A DNA stretch of 64,000 nt, taken from Acidovorax sp. Its GTDB lineage: Bacteria; Pseudomonadota; Gammaproteobacteria; Burkholderiales; Burkholderiaceae_C. Position 1 is the stretch's first letter. The number at the start of each line of letters is the position of its first letter. The position numbers and the translations under genes are program-made. Location: NCBI GenBank assembly GCA_041913505.1, contig JAYSFC010000002.1, positions 7,859 to 71,858 of the forward strand, given 5' to 3'. The notes beneath the pieces were generated by a model. That model saw nothing but the letters and a program-made list of their open reading frames with translations. It was not told where the DNA came from and did not search any database. Below are positions 25,983-35,090 of this stretch, piece after piece.

Positions 25983-28634
25983 CTACCAGCGCAGCGGGCC
26001 GTCTTCGCCGTCCCAGAAGATCCAGCGCCAGCGCTCCTCGTAGGGCGAGGTGCCGATGTTGAACGGGTCCATGCCGGCGTCGCTGCGCTGCAGGCCCACG
26101 AGGTAGCCCCCATGGCTGCTCGCCACCAAGGTGCGCCCGTCGGGGCTGGCATCCACCGAGGCGATGGCGCTGCCCACATGGTGGCGCCACAGCGTCTCGA
26201 GTTGCGGGCCAATGGCATGCAGGTAGCCGTCGGCATCGCCGACCACGGTGGTGCCGTCCGGCAGCGCCACGCGCAATGCGTCCACGGTGAGGCCTGCCAT
26301 GGCCGGACCCGCAGCGGGCAGTTGCTCCACCCGGCCGGAGGACAACAGGTAGCCGCCCGTGGGGTTGCGCAGCAGCACGCGCTGGCCGTCGCCTGAAGGC
26401 ACGAGCTGGTCGCAGCGCCGTGCCAGGGCGTCTTCACCTGGGGGCAAGGGAAAGCGGGCGATGGCCGGCCCTTCAAGGGTGCGGCGTGTGCTGAGTTCTC
26501 CGTCCTCGCACAGTGCCCAGCAGCGGCCGTCGGGGGAGCGGCCCGCGCCGCGCAGGCGGGGCAGTGGGCTGTGCCACAGGCCGGTGAGCAGCATCCAGTG
26601 GAGGGTGTCGCTTCCGGGTTCGCCAATGCGCACGAGCAGCCGCTCGGCGTCGAGCAGGAACACGGCGCTCACGCACCGGCCGGCTTCGCGCGAGCGGGCC
26701 AGCAGCGCGTTGGGCGCGAAGGCAAAGTGCTGGCGCAGGCGGCGGGAAAGCCCGGGGTCATGGCAGCGGTGCACTACGCGGGCGAGTTGCAGCGCAATGG
26801 CCGCGTCGGCCCCGCGCGGGTCGGCGTCCGGCAGCGAAGGCTGCGGCGCCTCGGTGGCATCGGGGGGGATGCAGTGGCGGCGCATGGCCGCCACATAGTC
26901 CCGGCCTTGCTGCTGCCACCGTGCCGACAGCTCCAGCAGCGCGGCCGGGAAGACCTGGGCATCGGGTAGCGTGTCCGGTACGGGCGGGCGGGCGAGCAGC
27001 CGCACCAGCGACTTGGCGCGTTCGGTCTCGGCGCGCTGGGCGCGCTGCAGGGCCTCGCGCTCGAGCAGGCGCTGCTCCAGCGCGCCGAACATACGCGCGA
27101 GGCGCAGCACGTGGGTGGCCGAGTGGTGCAGCAGCGGCGCTCGGCCGCTGTCCTGGCGCTGGGCCTCGGTAAAGCGCAGCCAGGGCGTGCCTTCGCGGTT
27201 GCTCTCCAGCTCCAGCAGGTAGCTTGCGTGGTTGTTGTCCTCGCCATCGCCGGGGGCGCTGGGGCCGGTTTCCCAACTGAGCTTGATCCCGAGGCTGTAG
27301 CTGTGCTCGCCACGCCGCCCAGGCTGGCGCGCGCCTACCCAGATGTCGCGTTCCCAGAAACCGTTGCGGTCGCTGTCCCACCAGTCGTTGTATTCCTCAG
27401 TGAACACCGGCAGCTGGGCGAGCGCCTGCACGCGGGCCGGCGGCAGACTGCGCTGCAGCCAGCCCCAGAGCGGGTAGCCCGTGCGCACCTGGGCCAGGCC
27501 CTCGCTTGCATGGGTGAGCACGGCCTGCCAGGCGCGCGAGGCGGCGGCGTGGGCGTCTGCGGGGGCCGCATCGTCGAGGGTACGCCATTCGCCGCAGGTG
27601 CCGCTGTCGTCATAGCGCCGCCACAGCAGCGTGAGCTCGTCTGCCAGGGGCGCATCGCGCAGGCCCAGGCGGGCCGTGACCCGGCCGAGCAGGCCGCGCG
27701 GGCGCTCGATCCGGCCTGCCTCGAAGTAGAAGTCCCAGCGGCGCCAGACGGTGATGAAGACGCTGTCCTCGCGCTGGTCGCCGCCAGCGTCCACATGGCG
27801 GCGACACAGGGCGTAGTCGGTGTCGCCGAACCAGTCTTGCAGCCGGTGGGCGCGGCGTGCGATCAGCGGGCTGTGCACCAGGGCGCGGATCGTCTCGATC
27901 CCCACAGCGCTGCCCGGCGCGCAGGGGCCCTCGGCGCGCGGCAGCAGCCCGGGCACCGCACCGGGCTCGCGCAGCAGCGCTTCGCCTGCGCGTGCCAGGG
28001 TGCGCAGCGCGCCGTGCTCGAACAGGCGGCCCGGGCCGCCCTGGCCATCGGACAGGCCGTTGACGCCTTCGGGGCGCAGCTGGGCGGCCAGCGCCTCGGC
28101 CAGGTAGTCCGTAGGGTCGGCTCCGGGCGCGGGGGCCTCGGCCGCCGCGTCGAGCCACCAGGGCAGATCGGCCGGGCCTTGCCAGCAGGCCGCATAGCCG
28201 CCGCTGAGCAACGCCCAGCGCGCGGCGACGGCGCCGCCCACATGCAGCCGCCCGTTGGCGCCATCGCCCCAGAGCAGTTCCTGCAGTCGCAGCGCACCAC
28301 CCACGGCCACCAGGCCGGGGCCGAGCAGGGCCTGGCGCGCGTGCAGCGCGCCGCTCACGAGCAGGTGTGCATTGCCGCCGGTTTCCGAAGCGAGCAGGGC
28401 ACCCTCCAGCTGCAGATCGCCTTGCACCCAGAGCAGCCAGGGGGCACGTTCACTGTCGTGCGCGGTGCCGGGGATGGGTAACGCGTCGAGCGCGAGCAGC
28501 GGCAGCGCCAGGTCGCCCTGGTGCCAGAGCACGGGGGTGGCGGGGTCGGGGGGCTCGCCGCCATCCAGCCCCAGCGCAGCGCGCCAGTCGGCGGGCAGGT
28601 GGCCTGCCAAGTCGGCGAGCCGGGCCAGGATCAT
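25983..28634 (-). CDS. Large hypothetical protein (883 aa) with no recognisable catalytic motif and a possible beta-propeller-like C-terminus
   Basis: Part of ORF 25983..29231(-), starting at MILARLADLAGH (ATG at 28634), which overlaps the osmC-like stop (ATGA). The composition is protein-like (W/D/E/Y-rich stretches such as FTEEYNDWWDSDRNGFWERDIWVG) and the codons are GC3-rich. ORFs on the opposite strand look like antisense artefacts. Confidence 0.7.
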   Translation of the reverse strand: MILARLADLAGHLPADWRAALGLDGGEPPDPATPVLWHQGDLALPLLALDALPIPGTAHDSERAPWLLWVQGDLQLEGALLASETGGNAHLLVSGALHARQALLGPGLVAVGGALRLQELLWGDGANGRLHVGGAVAARWALLSGGYAACWQGPADLPWWLDAAAEAPAPGADPTDYLAEALAAQLRPEGVNGLSDGQGGPGRLFEHGALRTLARAGEALLREPGAVPGLLPRAEGPCAPGSAVGIETIRALVHSPLIARRAHRLQDWFGDTDYALCRRHVDAGGDQREDSVFITVWRRWDFYFEAGRIERPRGLLGRVTARLGLRDAPLADELTLLWRRYDDSGTCGEWRTLDDAAPADAHAAASRAWQAVLTHASEGLAQVRTGYPLWGWLQRSLPPARVQALAQLPVFTEEYNDWWDSDRNGFWERDIWVGARQPGRRGEHSYSLGIKLSWETGPSAPGDGEDNNHASYLLELESNREGTPWLRFTEAQRQDSGRAPLLHHSATHVLRLARMFGALEQRLLEREALQRAQRAETERAKSLVRLLARPPVPDTLPDAQVFPAALLELSARWQQQGRDYVAAMRRHCIPPDATEAPQPSLPDADPRGADAAIALQLARVVHRCHDPGLSRRLRQHFAFAPNALLARSREAGRCVSAVFLLDAERLLVRIGEPGSDTLHWMLLTGLWHSPLPRLRGAGRSPDGRCWALCEDGELSTRRTLEGPAIARFPLPPGEDALARRCDQLVPSGDGQRVLLRNPTGGYLLSSGRVEQLPAAGPAMAGLTVDALRVALPDGTTVVGDADGYLHAIGPQLETLWRHHVGSAIASVDASPDGRTLVASSHGGYLVGLQRSDAGMDPFNIGTSPYEERWRWIFWDGEDGPLRW

Positions 28635-29104
28635 GCGGCGATCACCGGCTCGCAACGCACCTCCGTCTTGACCGAGTTGGCGATGAAGCACTCCTCGTGC
28701 GCGCGGTGGTGCAGCGCCTCGATCTGCGCCGGTGTGGGCAATGGCGCACCCGAGAACGCGACCTCGGGGCGCAGCGTGACCACGGTCATGGCCATGCGGC
28801 GATCGGCGCCACGGGCCATCACGCCCTCGGCCTGGTCGCGGTAGCGGTCCACGCAGAACCCCTGCTGTGCCGCGAGCGACAGGAACCACAGCATGTGACA
28901 GCTCGACAGCGATGCGACGAAGGCCTCCTCGGGGTCCACGGCGGCGGCGTCCGACCAGGGCAGGGGCACCACGTGCGGAGATGACGATCCGGGCACTTCC
29001 GCTCCTCCATCGAAGCGCAGCAGGTGGCGGCGGCTGTAGCGGTTGTCGAGAAAGCTCTGGTCTGCGCGCTCCCAGAGCACTTCGGCGCTGTAGTGGTGGG
29101 CCAT
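28631..29104 (-). CDS. OsmC/Ohr-family peroxiredoxin-like protein
   Basis: 157-aa ORF containing the two family cysteines in SLSSCHMLWFL and AHEECFIANS. Confidence 0.8.
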   Translation of the reverse strand: MAHHYSAEVLWERADQSFLDNRYSRRHLLRFDGGAEVPGSSSPHVVPLPWSDAAAVDPEEAFVASLSSCHMLWFLSLAAQQGFCVDRYRDQAEGVMARGADRRMAMTVVTLRPEVAFSGAPLPTPAQIEALHHRAHEECFIANSVKTEVRCEPVIAA

Positions 29105-29229
29105 GGGGATATTTCGGTGAGGTGAGAGGCTCGGAGCTGGCCATTATGCGCAGTGCCCCCGGCCTGCGCGGGGGGGCGCCGCTGGCGTAGGATGCCGTCC
29201 TTCGCCGTAGACCGAACCGCTTCCGATCC

Positions 29230-30165
29230 ATGACCCTGAATCCTCCCGTTTTCGAAGTGTTGCCGCGCGATCTGTCCGCCTACCGCGCGGGCAACACCGG
29301 CATCGACTACGTGCACCGCTTCGATTCGGGCCGCCCCGGCCCGCACGTGCTCATCAACGCGCTCACACATGGCAACGAGATCTGCGGCATGGTGGCTGCC
29401 ACGCATCTGCTCGACACGGGCGTGCGCCCGCTCGTGGGCACGCTCACGATCAGCTTCGCCAACGTGGCGGCCTATGAATCCTTCGATGCCACGCGGCCGT
29501 TCGAGAGCCGGCAGCTCGTGCACAACCTCAACCGCGTGTGGTCGGCCGCCGAGCTCGACGGCGAGGGCGACAGCCCCGAGCTGCGCCGTGCGCGTGCGCT
29601 GCGCCCTGTGGTGGATGCGGCCGACCACATCCTCGACATCCATTCCACGAGCCAGGACGTGGAGCCGTTCTGGGTCTACCCGGCCTTCGCGCGCAATGCC
29701 TGCGTGGCGCTGGCGCTGGGCCGTCCAGGCGTGCACCTCGTGATGCCCAGCGGCCTGGGTTCGGGCACGCCACTGATCCAGCATGGCCGCCATGGCGTGG
29801 ACGGCGACGGCGCGGGGGCCGCGCTCGTGGTGGAGTGCGGCCAGCATTTCCGCCAGAGCGCTGCTGACGTGGCGATGGCCGCCGTGCGCGACTTCCTGGC
29901 CCACTTCGGCCTCATCGAGCGCGCGCCGCAGCCCGAGCCGGGGCCGCAGCGCCGCTATGAGCTGCTGCAGACCTGCATGGTGCGTACGCCGCAATTTGCG
30001 TTTGTGCGGCCCGTGGTCGGCTTCGAGACCTTCGCCAAGGACGAATGCATCGCCACCGATGGTGAGTACGAGATCCTCTCGCCCTGCGACGGTTGCACGG
30101 TCTTCATGCCCACGCGCGAGCCCATCGTGGGGCGCGAGGCGGTCTACCTCACACGGCCGATTTGA
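29230..30165 (+). CDS. Succinylglutamate desuccinylase/aspartoacylase (AstE/AspA, M14-like) family protein
   Basis: 311-aa ORF with LTHGNEICG (HxxE zinc motif), ILDIHST and an AstE-like C-terminal beta domain. Confidence 0.75.
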   Translation: MTLNPPVFEVLPRDLSAYRAGNTGIDYVHRFDSGRPGPHVLINALTHGNEICGMVAATHLLDTGVRPLVGTLTISFANVAAYESFDATRPFESRQLVHNLNRVWSAAELDGEGDSPELRRARALRPVVDAADHILDIHSTSQDVEPFWVYPAFARNACVALALGRPGVHLVMPSGLGSGTPLIQHGRHGVDGDGAGAALVVECGQHFRQSAADVAMAAVRDFLAHFGLIERAPQPEPGPQRRYELLQTCMVRTPQFAFVRPVVGFETFAKDECIATDGEYEILSPCDGCTVFMPTREPIVGREAVYLTRPI

Positions 30166-30243
30166 CGCCGCCGGGAGGTGCGCACAAGCCCATGAAAAAG
30201 CCGCCCGGAGGCGGCTTGGCACGGTGGCGAAGGGCGGGTACGG

Positions 30244-31800
30244 TCAGGCGGCCGCGACCTCGATGCCCTTGAACTCGCCCGTGGCGATGCGCTTTTGCCA
30301 TTCGGCCGGGCCCGTGATGTGGGCGCTGGTGCCGCCCGCGTCCACGGCCACCGTCACGGGCATGTCGACCACGTCGAATTCGTAGATGGCTTCCATGCCC
30401 AGGTCCTCGAAACCTACGACCTTGGCGTGCTTGATGGCCTTGGACACGAGGTAGGCGGCGCCGCCCACGGCCATGAGGTAGGCCGACTTGTGGTTCTTGA
30501 TCGACTCGATGGCGACGGGGCCGCGCTCGGCCTTGCCAATCATGGCGATCAGGCCGGTCTGCTCGAGCATCATGTCGGTGAACTTGTCCATGCGCGTGGC
30601 GGTGGTGGGGCCGGCGGGGCCCACGGCCTCGTCCTTCACGGGGTCCACGGGGCCCACGTAGTAGATCACGCGGTTGGTGAAGTCCACGGGCAGCTTTTCG
30701 CCCTTGGCCAGCATGTCCTGGATGCGCTTGTGAGCGGCGTCGCGGCCCGTGAGCATCTTGCCGTTGAGCAGCAGGGTGTCGCCGGGCTTCCAGCTGGCGA
30801 CTTCGTCCTTGGTCAGGGTGTTGAGGTCCACGCGCTTGGACTTGTTGTAGTCGGGCACCCAGTCGATCTTGGGCCACAGGTCGAGGCTGGGGGCGTCCAG
30901 GTACACGGGGCCCGAGCCGTCGAGCACGAAGTGGGCGTGGCGCGTGGCCGCGCAGTTGGGGATCATGGCCACGGGCTTGCTGGCCGCGTGCGTGGGGTAC
31001 ATCTTGATCTTCACGTCCAGCACGGTGGACAGCCCGCCCAGGCCCTGCGCGCCAATGCCCAGCGCGTTGACCTTTTCATACAGTTCCAGGCGCAGTTCCT
31101 CGACCTGGTCGAGCTTCTCTCCGCGCGCGGCCTTGGCCTGCAGCTCGTACATGTTGAGGTCGTCCATCAGGCTTTCCTTGGCCAGCAGCACCGCCTTCTC
31201 GGCCGTGCCGCCGATGCCGATGCCCAGCATGCCCGGCGGGCACCAGCCGGCGCCCATGGTCGGCACGGTCTTGAGCACCCAGTCGACCAGGTTGTCGCTG
31301 GGGTTCATCATGATCATCTTGGACTTGTTCTCCGAGCCGCCGCCCTTGGCCGCCACGGTGATGTCCACTTTGTCGCCGGCCACGATCTCGGTGAAGATCA
31401 CGGCGGGGGTGTTGTCCTTGGTGTTCTTGCGGGCGAACAGCGGGTCGGCCACCACGCTGGCGCGCAGCGCGTTGTCGGGGTTCATGTAGCCACGGCGCAC
31501 GCCTTCGTTGATGGCGTCTTCCAGGCTGCCGGTGAAGCCTTCCCAGCGCACGTCCATGCCCACCTTGAGGAACACGTTTACGATGCCCGTGTCCTGGCAG
31601 ATCGGACGGTGGCCCGTGGCGCTCATCTTGCTGTTGGTGAGGATCTGCGCCATCGCGTCCTTGGCCGCGGGGCTCTGCTCGCGCTCATAGGCGCGGGCCA
31701 GGTGGGCGATGTAGTCGGCCGGGTGGTAGTAGCTGATGTACTGCAGCGCACCCGCGATGGAGTCGATCAGGTCCTGCTGGCGAATGGTCGTCGTGGTCAT
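30244..31800 (-). CDS. Class I (Fe-S dependent) fumarate hydratase
   Basis: C-terminal 518 aa of the artefactual ORF 30244..33483(-), from MTTTTIRQQDL (ATG at 31800). It contains ICQDTGIVNVFLKVG, AAKGGGSENKS, CPPGMLGIGIGGTAE, GPAGPTTATRMD and KSAYLMAVGGAAYL. Confidence 0.9.
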   Translation of the reverse strand: MTTTTIRQQDLIDSIAGALQYISYYHPADYIAHLARAYEREQSPAAKDAMAQILTNSKMSATGHRPICQDTGIVNVFLKVGMDVRWEGFTGSLEDAINEGVRRGYMNPDNALRASVVADPLFARKNTKDNTPAVIFTEIVAGDKVDITVAAKGGGSENKSKMIMMNPSDNLVDWVLKTVPTMGAGWCPPGMLGIGIGGTAEKAVLLAKESLMDDLNMYELQAKAARGEKLDQVEELRLELYEKVNALGIGAQGLGGLSTVLDVKIKMYPTHAASKPVAMIPNCAATRHAHFVLDGSGPVYLDAPSLDLWPKIDWVPDYNKSKRVDLNTLTKDEVASWKPGDTLLLNGKMLTGRDAAHKRIQDMLAKGEKLPVDFTNRVIYYVGPVDPVKDEAVGPAGPTTATRMDKFTDMMLEQTGLIAMIGKAERGPVAIESIKNHKSAYLMAVGGAAYLVSKAIKHAKVVGFEDLGMEAIYEFDVVDMPVTVAVDAGGTSAHITGPAEWQKRIATGEFKGIEVAAA

Positions 31801-31962
31801 GGCGTGGGGAACGGATAGGGTCTGGAAACGCAAAACCCCACAATTATCCTCCCGAGCCTTGCACGCGCCTTTCTGGAGGATTTGGCCCGCTACGCAAGCG
31901 GCGCGGAGTTGGGTATGCTGGCAAGGCCCTCCGGTTCCCTGTCTCGCAAAGGAGTTCCTTGC

Positions 31963-33372
31963 ATGACTTCTCCGCAGCCCGCGCTCGCCGGCCAGCCCAC
32001 GCGCACCGAGCGCGACACGTTCGGCCCCATCGACGTACCTGCCCGGCATTTGTGGGGCGCGCAGACGCAGCGCTCCCTGCAGCATTTCGCGATCTCGGGC
32101 GAGCAGATGCCGCCGGAGCTCATCGCGGCGCTGGCCCAGGTCAAGCGCGCCAGCGCCTATGTCAACCACTCGCTGGGCCTGCTGAGCGCCACCAAGACGA
32201 CGGCCATCGTCGCGGCGGCCGACGAGGTGATCGCGGGCGCGCACCCGGGCGAATTCCCGCTCGTGGTCTGGCAGACCGGCTCGGGCACGCAGACCAACAT
32301 GAACATGAACGAGGTGCTGGCCAACCGCGCGAGCGAGATGCTCGGCGGGCCGCGCGGCGAGGAGCGCCTCGTGCACCCCAACGACGACGTGAACAAGAGC
32401 CAGTCCAGCAACGACGTGTTTCCCACCGCCATGCACGTGGCGGCCGTGGACGCGATCACGCACCGCCTGCTGCCCGCGCTGCAAGGGCTGCGCACCACGC
32501 TCGTGGCCAAGGCCGAGGCGTTCGCCGGCATCGTGAAGATCGGACGTACCCACCTGCAGGACGCGACGCCGCTCACGCTGGGGCAAGAGGTCTCGGGTTG
32601 GGCGGCGCAGCTGCAGCATGCCGAACAGCATGTGCGCGCGGCACTGCCGCACCTGTGCGAGCTGGCGCTGGGCGGCACGGCCGTGGGCACGGGGCTCAAT
32701 GCGCCGCCGGGCTACGCGCAGGCCGTGGCCGAGGAACTGGCGGCCCTCACGGGCCTGCCCCTGGTCACGGCGCCGAACAAGTTCGAGGCACTCGCGAGCT
32801 GCGACGCGCTGGTGCAGGCGCACGGCGCGCTCAAGGGGTTGGCCGCGAGCCTGATGAAGATCGCCAACGACGTGCGCTGGCTCGCCAGCGGCCCGCGCAG
32901 CGGCCTGGGCGAGATCACGATCCCCGAGAACGAGCCGGGCTCGTCCATCATGCCGGGCAAGGTCAACCCCACGCAGTGCGAGGCGCTGACCATGCTGTGC
33001 GCGCAGGTGCTGGGCAACGACGTGGCCATCAATGTGGGCGGGGCATCGGGCAACTTCGAGCTCAACGTGTTCCGGCCCATGGTCATCCACAATTTTCTGC
33101 AGAGCGTGCGCCTGCTGGCCGACGGCATGGTGAGTTTCAACGAGCACTGCGCCGTGGGCATCAAGCCCCAGCACGAGCGCATCGAGGAGCTTGTGGAGCG
33201 CTCGCTGATGCTCGTGACGGCGCTCAACCCCCACATTGGCTACGACAAGGCAGCCGCCATCGCCAAGAAGGCTCACAAGGAACGCAGCAGCCTGCGCGAG
33301 GCGGCCATCGCCTCGGGCCATGTCACGGCCGAGCAGTTCGACGCCTGGGTGGTGCCGGGCAAGATGGTGTAG
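31963..33372 (+). CDS. fumC: Class II fumarate hydratase
   Basis: In-frame part of ORF 31882..33372(+), starting at [10 protein letters not shown] (ATG at 31963) behind AAAGGAG. It contains [27 protein letters not shown] and [16 protein letters not shown]. Confidence 0.95.
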   Translation: MTSPQPALAGQPTRTERDTFGPIDVPARHLWGAQTQRSLQHFAISGEQMPPELIAALAQVKRASAYVNHSLGLLSATKTTAIVAAADEVIAGAHPGEFPLVVWQTGSGTQTNMNMNEVLANRASEMLGGPRGEERLVHPNDDVNKSQSSNDVFPTAMHVAAVDAITHRLLPALQGLRTTLVAKAEAFAGIVKIGRTHLQDATPLTLGQEVSGWAAQLQHAEQHVRAALPHLCELALGGTAVGTGLNAPPGYAQAVAEELAALTGLPLVTAPNKFEALASCDALVQAHGALKGLAASLMKIANDVRWLASGPRSGLGEITIPENEPGSSIMPGKVNPTQCEALTMLCAQVLGNDVAINVGGASGNFELNVFRPMVIHNFLQSVRLLADGMVSFNEHCAVGIKPQHERIEELVERSLMLVTALNPHIGYDKAAAIAKKAHKERSSLREAAIASGHVTAEQFDAWVVPGKMV

Positions 33373-33385
33373 CCCCAAAAGCAAA

Positions 33386-33409
33386 AGAGCCCGCGTGGGC
33401 GGGCTCTTT
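33386..33409. terminator. Bidirectional terminator between fumC and the convergent esterase gene
   Basis: AGAGCCCGC-GTGG-GCGGGCTCT is followed by TT(T)A on the plus strand. It is preceded by CAAAAGCAAAAG, which gives a U-rich tract for the minus strand. Confidence 0.5.
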
Positions 33410-33433
33410 ACCGGGGGCGTGGCGGGTGCTGCG

Positions 33434-34324
33434 TCACTGCGCCTGCGGGCGGCGCACGGTACGGAACACGTACTTGAGTGCATCGCCCACAGTGCTTTCC
33501 CACACGGGCCATTCGTGCTTGCCGTTGACGATGCGCAGCTCGGCGGGTTGCTTGTTCTTGCGCAACTGGGCGTACAGCTGGGTGGCCTCGGATTCGATCA
33601 TGAACTCGTCGTCATCCCCCGAGTTGATGTACATGGGCACGGGGGTCTTCTTCTGCAGGAAGGACTCCCACAGCGCGGGGTAGTTGTAGGCCTTCCACAC
33701 GTCGGCGCTGTAGGCGCCGTCGGTGCCCGGCGCTGCGAACACCTTCACGAAGCGCGCCGACGAGTCGCCGGGTGGCTCGGGGTTGTAGATCGCGGGGCTC
33801 AGCAGGGCCGCGGCCTGGAACTTCTCGGGGTACTTGAGCGCATAGCGCAGCGCGCCGTAGCCGCCCATCGACAGGCCGCCAACCACGCGGCCGTCGCGCG
33901 TGGTGAGCGCGCGGTAGTTCTTTTCCACATGCGGCACGAGGTCGCTGAAGAAGGCCGTCTCCATCTTCTCCTTGAGGTCCACGTACCAAGTGGTGCCCGC
34001 GTCGGGCATCACGATGATGGCGGGCGGCATGTCGCCATTGGCCACGAGCGTGTCCACCGTGCGCAGCAGGCTGCCCTTGACGGGCCAGTCGTTGCGCTCC
34101 CCTGCGTTGCCGTGCAGCAGGTACATCACGGGGTAGCGCAGCTTGGCGTTGGCGTCGTAGCCCGTGGGCAGGTAGACGTTGTAGGTCCAGGAGCGGCCCA
34201 GCGTGGGGCTCTTGAACTCGGCCGCCTCGATGGTGCCGGCGTGTGCGATGGGCGCACCCAGCAGGGCGGCCGCGGCCAGCGCGCCGGCCAGGCCCGTGCG
34301 CAGCGCGCAGAAGAGGGATTTCAC
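33434..34324 (-). CDS. Secreted alpha/beta hydrolase of the putative-esterase family
   Basis: Part of ORF 33434..34579(-). The GTG at 34324 lies 7 nt after AAGGAG and gives (M)KSLFCALRTGLAGALAAAALLGAPIAHA as a signal peptide. It contains YLLHGNAGERNDW and GLSMGGYGAL (GxSxG). Confidence 0.8.
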   Translation of the reverse strand: MKSLFCALRTGLAGALAAAALLGAPIAHAGTIEAAEFKSPTLGRSWTYNVYLPTGYDANAKLRYPVMYLLHGNAGERNDWPVKGSLLRTVDTLVANGDMPPAIIVMPDAGTTWYVDLKEKMETAFFSDLVPHVEKNYRALTTRDGRVVGGLSMGGYGALRYALKYPEKFQAAALLSPAIYNPEPPGDSSARFVKVFAAPGTDGAYSADVWKAYNYPALWESFLQKKTPVPMYINSGDDDEFMIESEATQLYAQLRKNKQPAELRIVNGKHEWPVWESTVGDALKYVFRTVRRPQAQ

Positions 34325-34445
34325 GAAGCAGTCTCCTTGGTGTTGTGGTGCCGCCCACTGTAAGCGATGTGGCGCGCCTGCGCTGGCGGGCCTTGGCCTA
34401 CACTGTCCGGGCGCCATGGGGCGCAGCCCGCTTGAGGAATTTGCC

Positions 34446-35090
34446 ATGACAGCGCAACAACACCTGGTCCAGGTTCCGCTCGATACCCTGCATCCCACGC
34501 AGATGACCGTGGGGGCGTCCGAGGTCGCAGCCAAGCGCGCACAGTGGGACCATCTCAAGCCGAAGGAGCGCAAGCGCACGCTGGCCTCGCACTGGTTCCC
34601 CGCGGTGCGCGGACCGGGGGGGCGCTTCTACATCGTCGATCACCACCACCTTGGCCAGGCGCTCGTCCAGGAGGCGGTGCCAGAGGTCTGGGTCATGCAG
34701 CTGGCCGATTTCAGCGAAACCGACCTGGGGATGTTCTGGCGACTGCTGGAGTTCCACCACTGGGCTCACCCCTACGACGAGCGCGGCAAACGCTGCGATT
34801 GGGACGCCATGCCCGGCCACCTGGGCGAACTGCGCGATGACCCGTACCGCAGCCTGGCGGGCGCCGTGCGCAAGGCCGGTGGCTACGCCAAGGACGCGGC
34901 GCCCTTCGTCGAGTTCCTGTGGGCCGACTTCTTCCGCACGCGCTTTGCGCGCAAGGCCTTGCGTGCGGGCAAGGACGACTGCACCCTGCCCGCGCAGGCG
35001 CTGCACGAGGCGCTGGGCCTGGCCCATGGGGCCGAAGCGCGCTACCTGCCGGGCTGGGCCGGCGCCACCGCCCCTTCCCCGCAAGTGTGA
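34446..35090 (+). CDS. ParB-like (ParB/Srx fold, ParBc_2-type) protein of unknown function
   Basis: In-frame part of ORF 34203..35090(+), starting at MTAQQHLVQVPLDTLHPTQMTVG (ATG at 34446). It contains FYIVDHHHLGQAL. The stop overlaps the SulP start (TGATG). Confidence 0.65.
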   Translation: MTAQQHLVQVPLDTLHPTQMTVGASEVAAKRAQWDHLKPKERKRTLASHWFPAVRGPGGRFYIVDHHHLGQALVQEAVPEVWVMQLADFSETDLGMFWRLLEFHHWAHPYDERGKRCDWDAMPGHLGELRDDPYRSLAGAVRKAGGYAKDAAPFVEFLWADFFRTRFARKALRAGKDDCTLPAQALHEALGLAHGAEARYLPGWAGATAPSPQV

